NCBI GenBank assembly: GCA_964565125.1
Contig: CAZMCX010000021.1
Coordinates: 1 to 10,259 of the forward strand
Length of the DNA: 10,259 nucleotides
Reading direction: 5' to 3'
Origin: an uncultured archaeon
Lineage (GTDB): Archaea; Iainarchaeota; Iainarchaeia; Iainarchaeales; 0-14-0-20-30-16
A model generated the notes under the pieces. The model ran no database searches. It saw only the letters and a program-made list of their open reading frames with translations, and was not told where the DNA came from. The translations under genes were made by a program, and so were the position numbers. Shown in pieces: positions 6,734-10,259 of this stretch. Position 1 is the first letter of the stretch. Every line of letters begins with the position of its first letter.

Positions 6734-6761
6734 TGATAAGTAACACAAGACATTATTGATT

Positions 6762-7100
6762 TTATTTTTTAGAAATGATTTCTATTATTTTTTTTACTAC
6801 TTGTTGATATTTTGCATTTGTTATGCGACAAAGTTTTTTTACAATTTGTGATTTATCTGCAGTAAAAAGCATATTTGATCGAATATAACTATCAATAAGT
6901 AAAGAACCATTTTCAGTTTCATGTTGCCCAAGATCTACAGAATAAGAATCTTTGGCTATATTTGGGGAAGTAATCTGACATAACAAAATATCTGTCCTCA
7001 TTTCGTCAGACAGGACAAGACAAGGCCTTAATTTTTGACCACCTTGATTTGTATAAGGAAATGGAAACAAAACTACTTCACCTTTTTTAAATGTGCCCAA
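6762..7100 (-). CDS. mazF: PemK/MazF-family type II toxin (mRNA interferase)
   Basis: 112 aa. KKGEVVLFPFPYTNQGGQKLRPCLVLSD ... ILLCQITS ... SYIRSNMLFTADKSQIVKKLCRI follows the MazF/PemK SH3-like pattern (kGdiv.v.fp...g.E..k.RPalVls ... v.piTs ... S.v....l.t.dk..l.k.iG.l). Confidence 0.85.
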   Translation of the reverse strand: MGTFKKGEVVLFPFPYTNQGGQKLRPCLVLSDEMRTDILLCQITSPNIAKDSYSVDLGQHETENGSLLIDSYIRSNMLFTADKSQIVKKLCRITNAKYQQVVKKIIEIISKK

Positions 7101-7315
7101 GCTTCATCTTCCTCCTTTGTAAGCCAATTTTTTGATAATGCTTTTTCACTTGCTAAAGAGGTACAAAAACCCGACACTTCTTCTTTTTCAAATAGTTTTT
7201 CCCGTATTAGCTCACGGATAAATTCTTGCATATTGGAGTATCCTTTTTCTTCTGCGTAAGCCTTGGCAAAATTAAATAACTTGTTAGATAGATTAAGACT
7301 TATTTGCGTATTCAT
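7073..7315 (-). CDS. ribbon-helix-helix (CopG/MazE-like) antitoxin
   Basis: 80 aa, directly upstream of mazF and overlapping it by 28 nt. The N-terminus TQISLNLSNKLFNFAKAYAEEKGYSNMQEFIRELIREKL fits the beta-strand/helix/helix RHH layout. The acidic C-terminal half is typical of toxin-binding tails. Confidence 0.7.
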   Translation of the reverse strand: MNTQISLNLSNKLFNFAKAYAEEKGYSNMQEFIRELIREKLFEKEEVSGFCTSLASEKALSKNWLTKEEDEAWAHLKKVK

Positions 7316-7408
7316 AAATATTTTAACATACCAAAAAGTATTTATTATTATCTAAAAAAAGCAGTTAAAAAAGTATAAAAGACACACAGACTACAAAAAG
7401 CAAGTTAC

Positions 7409-7421
7409 ATAAATATATAAA
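7409..7421 (+). promoter_or_regulatory. candidate TATA box for trpS (leaderless or near-leaderless transcript)
   Basis: ATAAATATATAAA is centred about 28 nt upstream of the ATG at 7444. No SD precedes the start (TATTATAAGT-ATG). Confidence 0.3.
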
Positions 7422-7443
7422 GAATTATTCTAATATTATAAGT

Positions 7444-8559
7444 ATGGCTAAAGATGGTTTTACTGTGACGCCTTGGGAAGTGCAAGGCAATATCGATTAT
7501 TCTAAACTTATTAAAGAATTCGGGCTCGAGGAATTCAAAAAAATCCCAAAAGCTTTACAAGATAATGTCCTTTTCAAAAGAAAATACATTTTCGCAAATA
7601 GAGACTTTTCAAGGATTTCTGAATGTATTGAAAAAAAGAAACCTTTTGTTATGATGACTGGACTAATGCCCTCCGGAAATATGCATTTTGGCCACAAGCT
7701 ATTAGCAGATCAAATGATTCTTTACCAAAACTTAGGTGCAAAAGTATACATTGCAGTAGCAGACACAGAAGCTTATAATTCAAGAAACACAAACTTAGAA
7801 GAACTCAGAAAAATCGCTATTGACCAATATCTAATAAATTATATTGCATTGGGTTTAAAGCCAAAGAATTGTGATTTCTATTTCCAAAGCCAAAGAAGCA
7901 AGGATGGAAAAAAAGCATCTGCTTACTATACATTAGCAAATAGATTGGCAAGGCATGCAACCTTTAATGAATTCAGAGCAGTATATGGAGAAATAAGTCC
8001 TGGAAAAATGGCCTCATCACTATTACAAGCATCTGATATGCTACATCCACAATTAAATGAATTTGAAGGTCCAATTCCAACTATTATTCCTGTTGGTTCT
8101 GACCAAGACCCACATATAAGGTTAGCAAGAGATATTTCACAAAGAATAAAGACAAATAATTTTATCCAAATAAGCTCAACTTATCATAGATTCTTGCCTG
8201 GATTAAATGGCGGAAAAATGTCTTCTTCAGACCCTACAAGCCACATAGCATTAAACGAGGATCCGGAAAATATCAAAAAAATCATTAACAAATATGCATT
8301 CTCTGGTGGACAGCCAACTTTAGAAGAACACAGAAAGAAGGGCGGGAACCCAGATATTGATGTTTCTTATCAATATTTGACATACTTAGAAGAAGATGAT
8401 AAAAAGCTAGCAAAAATATACAATGATTACAAAAGCGGGGCTTTGCTTTCAGGAGAAATGAAAGCAATAGCAATAGAAAAGATTTCGTCATTCTTAAAAG
8501 TACATTCAAAAGAAAGAGAGAAAGCCAAAAAGCAAGTTGATAAGTTTTTAAAAGAATAA
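7444..8559 (+). CDS. trpS: tryptophan--tRNA ligase, archaeal/eukaryotic type
   Basis: 371 aa. The N-terminus is VTPWEVQGNIDYSKLIKEFG. The class I HIGH-type motif is TGLMPSGNMHFGH, followed by VGSDQDPHIRLARD. The KMSKS-type loop reads GGKMSSS. Length and motif order fit archaeal TrpRS rather than TyrRS. Confidence 0.93.
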   Translation: MAKDGFTVTPWEVQGNIDYSKLIKEFGLEEFKKIPKALQDNVLFKRKYIFANRDFSRISECIEKKKPFVMMTGLMPSGNMHFGHKLLADQMILYQNLGAKVYIAVADTEAYNSRNTNLEELRKIAIDQYLINYIALGLKPKNCDFYFQSQRSKDGKKASAYYTLANRLARHATFNEFRAVYGEISPGKMASSLLQASDMLHPQLNEFEGPIPTIIPVGSDQDPHIRLARDISQRIKTNNFIQISSTYHRFLPGLNGGKMSSSDPTSHIALNEDPENIKKIINKYAFSGGQPTLEEHRKKGGNPDIDVSYQYLTYLEEDDKKLAKIYNDYKSGALLSGEMKAIAIEKISSFLKVHSKEREKAKKQVDKFLKE

Positions 8560-8572
8560 AAACTTACAACAG

Positions 8573-8602
8573 GTTTACAAAGTAGAAGCCACATTTGTAA
8601 GC
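8573..8602 (+). other. 9-bp hairpin 14 nt downstream of the trpS stop
   Basis: GTTTACAAA (8573-8581) pairs with TTTGTAAGC (8594-8602), including one G-U, with a 12-nt loop. An alternative pairing of CTTACAA (8563-8569) with TTGTAAG (8596-8602) is mutually exclusive with it. No oligo-T follows, so it is not a typical archaeal terminator. Confidence 0.35.
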
Positions 8603-8628
8603 AAGTTGACAAATTCCTAAATGAGTGA
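8599..8628 (+). repeat. second, in-frame copy of the trpS C-terminal tail (KQVDKFLNE-stop)
   Basis: 8599-8628 reads aag caa gtt gac aaa ttc cta aat gag tga. The trpS end at 8530-8559 reads aag caa gtt gat aag ttt tta aaa gaa taa. Identity is 23/30. The first 11 nt are identical, and 6 of the 7 differences are synonymous or stop-to-stop. The offset is 69 nt (23 codons), in the same frame as trpS, with no intervening stop after the TAA. Confidence 0.75.
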
Positions 8629-8642
8629 TTCTTTAGAAATAA

Positions 8643-8654
8643 TTAAATATAAAA
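8643..8654 (+). promoter_or_regulatory. candidate TATA box for the sORF / 371-aa ORF transcript
   Basis: TTAAATATAAAA is centred about 27 nt upstream of 8677, the 5' end of the first 22-nt repeat. Confidence 0.3.
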
Positions 8655-8676
8655 GATACTTATCTATTTATGAAGA

Positions 8677-8698
8677 AAAAAGAGGTAATATTTATGAT
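8677..8698 (+). repeat. 22-nt direct repeat, copy 1 (SD + spacer + ATGAT)
   Basis: AAAAAGAGGTAATATTTATGAT is identical to 8749-8770. It contains GAGGT (8682-8686), a 7-nt spacer and the ATG at 8694. Confidence 0.9.
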
Positions 8699-8750
8699 CA
8701 AGTTTGAATTTATGCTCGATAAACTCGCAAAATATCAAACAGGAACATAA
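8694..8750 (+). CDS. candidate upstream small ORF, 18 aa (MIKFEFMLDKLAKYQTGT); 26 aa if started at the in-frame ATG 8670
   Basis: It is preceded by exactly the same SD and spacer as the downstream 371-aa ORF. Its TAA stop (8748-8750) overlaps the first bases of repeat copy 2. It is in the same reading frame as the downstream ORF. It is too short for the ORF track, and there is no homology evidence. Confidence 0.35.
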   Translation: MIKFEFMLDKLAKYQTGT

Positions 8751-8770
8751 AAAGAGGTAATATTTATGAT
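8749..8770 (+). repeat. 22-nt direct repeat, copy 2 (translation-initiation region of the 371-aa ORF)
   Basis: AAAAAGAGGTAATATTTATGAT is identical to 8677-8698, at an offset of 72 nt (24 codons). Flanking sequence on both sides is at chance-level identity (about 24% over the next 50 nt). Confidence 0.9.
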
Positions 8771-9881
8771 TAGAGGACCGTCTAGAGGATTAAGAAGAGC
8801 TGTTGTTGCTGGTGCTGCACTTGCTGCACTTGGACCAGGATTAAGTGAACGACACGCAAATGCAAGACCAAGGCATTTAGAGCCAACAAAACATGAACTA
8901 AGAATAGATACCACTGAAAGAAGAGAAATGCGTGATTTTATTACTCCTGAAGAAAGAGTAAGAGAAGAATTCAGATTTTCCTTAGAAAGAGCAAAAAAAG
9001 CAGGACAAGACAAAGTAGAAAAAAGAATTGAAGAAACAACATTAAGAATGCTAAAAAGATTTGAAAGCGGAAACATGACCCAAAAAGAAGCACAAGAACT
9101 TGCCACTAGAATCAATGCAGAATTAAAAGAAATAGATCCATCTGGAAAAACAAGAATTGCGTCAGGCCCTGAAATCAAGAAAATGGGCTTGGTTGAAGAT
9201 GCATCATCAATACCAGAAGGAGTTTGGGGACTAATTATGGGCGCCGCAGAAAACTTAAATAGACATTATATTTTAGTTCCGCTTGCAGAGCTAATTGTAC
9301 TTTACTCATATTTACAAGTTGCAAGAAATGCAAGAAGAAGAGGATTTTTCAAAGGCATTATTGAAAATGATGCAAACAGAGCACATCTTGGAGATGTAAG
9401 AGATCTATCAAAAATAGAGCAATTCGGTGTGTTACCACTTATGGGTTTATATTTGGCAAACCACCATGTAGCAGGAATTATTTTAGGACTAATTGCAAAT
9501 CCAGCAGTAAGAGCAAAGGTTGCTGGTTTAATTAGAGATTTTAATAATAGGAAAGGTGGAGGAGGAGGATTTTTTAAATCTCCAGGGACTCCAGATCCAA
9601 GAGATCCAAGTAAAAGAATTCTTAATACTGGCCGACCAATTGCAGGCACAAGACCAAGAGAACAACCAAGAAGAGAAAGCCCTTATAGCAGAAGACCACG
9701 CCAACTAAGAGAACAAGAAGACGAAAGAGGTCCAATAGATAAGGCAATGGGATTCATCTATAAAGGAGATAAAGAAGAACCAACTGCTAGCGGCCTTAGA
9801 GATGATTGGCATGATAGAACGGCCAGAGTAATAGATAGACTAACTGGATTTGATCCTAAGAAAAAGCGTGGAAGAAATTAA
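8766..9881 (+). CDS. orphan hypothetical membrane protein: RR-containing signal-like N-terminus, charged helical region, 2-3 hydrophobic helices, Gly5 linker and Arg/Pro-rich tail
   Basis: 371-aa uninterrupted ORF with a strong SD (GAGGT, 7-nt spacer). The N-terminus is MIRGPSRGLRRAVVAGAALAALGPGLSERHANA. Hydrophobic segments are YILVPLAELIVLYSYLQVA and FGVLPLMGLYLANHHVAGIILGLIANPAV. The tail reads GGGGGFFKSPGTPDPRDPSKR...RPREQPRRESPYSRRPRQLREQEDERGP. Arg is encoded almost only by AGA, consistent with host AT-rich codon usage. No family recognised. Confidence 0.7.
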   Translation: MIRGPSRGLRRAVVAGAALAALGPGLSERHANARPRHLEPTKHELRIDTTERREMRDFITPEERVREEFRFSLERAKKAGQDKVEKRIEETTLRMLKRFESGNMTQKEAQELATRINAELKEIDPSGKTRIASGPEIKKMGLVEDASSIPEGVWGLIMGAAENLNRHYILVPLAELIVLYSYLQVARNARRRGFFKGIIENDANRAHLGDVRDLSKIEQFGVLPLMGLYLANHHVAGIILGLIANPAVRAKVAGLIRDFNNRKGGGGGFFKSPGTPDPRDPSKRILNTGRPIAGTRPREQPRRESPYSRRPRQLREQEDERGPIDKAMGFIYKGDKEEPTASGLRDDWHDRTARVIDRLTGFDPKKKRGRN

Positions 9882-10259
9882 TTTTCTGTTTTTTCCCAAG
9901 GAAATATAATCCAACCCTTATTTTCTTTTATATAAAAATCAGGGTATTCTTTACAATTCTGTTTGTTAACCAAATATACTGCCACTTTTACAGCCTTTAC
10001 TTTGTATTCATTAAAAAGCAGTTTTTTTATACAATTAATAGTTACTCCACTGTCAACTAAATCATCCACAAGCAAAACATTCTCGCCCTCTAAATTAATT
10101 TGTGGCTTAGAAATTACTTGCAGAGTACATTGCTTTTGATCACAATAAGATTTTGCACAAAATAAACCGATTTTTTTTATTCCAAGAATTTTACTTAAAT
10201 AAGTAGTTGGAATTAATCCGCCTGAAGCAATCCCAATAATAGCATCAAACTTATAGTTA
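9878..10259 (-). CDS. purine phosphoribosyltransferase (Gpt-like), 3' part; the gene continues beyond the right edge
   Basis: The track ORF starts at an internal TTG, but the frame stays open to the window edge. The extended translation is NYKFDAIIGIASGGLIPTTYLSKILGIKKIGLFCAKSYCDQKQCTLQVISKPQINLEGENVLLVDDLVDSGVTINCIKK...GWIIFPWEKTEN. It contains the PRPP-binding motif VLLVDDLVDSGVT and a Gpt-like C-terminus (W-I-x-x-P-W). Confidence 0.8.
   Translation of the reverse strand, partial: NYKFDAIIGIASGGLIPTTYLSKILGIKKIGLFCAKSYCDQKQCTLQVISKPQINLEGENVLLVDDLVDSGVTINCIKKLLFNEYKVKAVKVAVYLVNKQNCKEYPDFYIKENKGWIIFPWEKTEN

Noticed and set aside
7394-8538. 13-nt direct repeat CAAAAAGCAAGTT flanking trpS (7394-7406 and 8526-8538), which could suggest a mobile cassette.
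   Set aside because: For an A-rich 13-mer in 10 kb of about 30% GC sequence, I estimate that a few such matches are expected by chance. There is no extended similarity around the upstream copy.
8491-8628. Simple 69-nt tandem duplication of the trpS 3' end (8491-8559 versus 8560-8628).
   Set aside because: An ungapped comparison gives 13/39 identities in the first 39 nt, which is chance level, against 23/30 in the last 30 nt. Similarity is confined to the last 10 codons, so a decaying tandem duplication does not fit.
8557-8750. Idea that TAA is reassigned or generally read through, because two TAA stops (8557 and 8748) are followed by in-frame open sequence.
   Set aside because: TAA terminates most confidently delimited genes here at sensible lengths (hppA, mazF, PIN, DUF2283, the wHTH gene, and trpS itself at the standard 371 aa or so). 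Global reassignment is therefore not supported. Only local read-through remains as a hypothesis.
8735-9649. Long antisense ORFs (8735-9178, 147 aa; 9302-9649, 115 aa) opposite the 371-aa ORF.
   Set aside because: They are Ser/Leu/Phe-rich and low-complexity, as expected from the complement of AGA/GAA/AAA-rich coding sequence. They are broken into two pieces and have no SD. The plus-strand ORF is continuous and has a strong SD.
9878-9881. The convergent stop codons of the 371-aa ORF and the PRTase gene overlap in the tetranucleotide TTAA.
   Set aside because: This is a compact-genome arrangement. Nothing suggests function beyond tight packing.
1-10259. Looked for CRISPR arrays, rRNA/tRNA genes, transposase or integrase genes and long tandem repeats.
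   Set aside because: No regularly spaced direct repeats, no rRNA- or tRNA-like segments and no recombinase-like ORFs were found. The only exact repeats of note are the 22-mer pair and the trpS tail copy, both reported above.

Overview
AT-rich (about 30-35% GC) fragment that looks archaeal. It has an archaeal/eukaryotic-type TrpRS, TATA-like boxes about 25-30 nt upstream of starts, and GAGGT Shine-Dalgarno sites. The small accessory genes suggest a DPANN-like genome, but that is inference only. Two housekeeping anchors are confident: a membrane H+-pyrophosphatase (hppA, 4563-6545, minus) and tryptophanyl-tRNA synthetase (trpS, 7444-8559, plus). A Gpt-like phosphoribosyltransferase runs off the right edge. 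The rest is accessory: an RHH-MazF toxin-antitoxin pair, an orphan PIN nuclease, a HEAT-like-repeat protein fused to a Nudix fold with a charge-reversed catalytic box, a GNAT acetyltransferase, DUF2283-like and DUF3606-like small proteins, a wHTH protein, and an orphan Arg/Pro-rich membrane protein. Four non-coding or recoding-like signals are not explained by the ORF track: (1) a 103-nt GC-rich (about 47%) nested-stem element between mazF and hppA; (2) perfect 18-nt and 22-nt palindromes in two promoter regions; (3) an in-frame, synonymously diverged second copy of the trpS C-terminal tail 69 nt past its stop; (4) a perfect 22-nt duplicated translation-initiation region that creates an 18-aa upstream ORF in frame with the orphan protein. 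No CRISPR array, rRNA, tRNA, transposase or integrase was recognised. All domain calls come from motif recognition by eye, not from searches.
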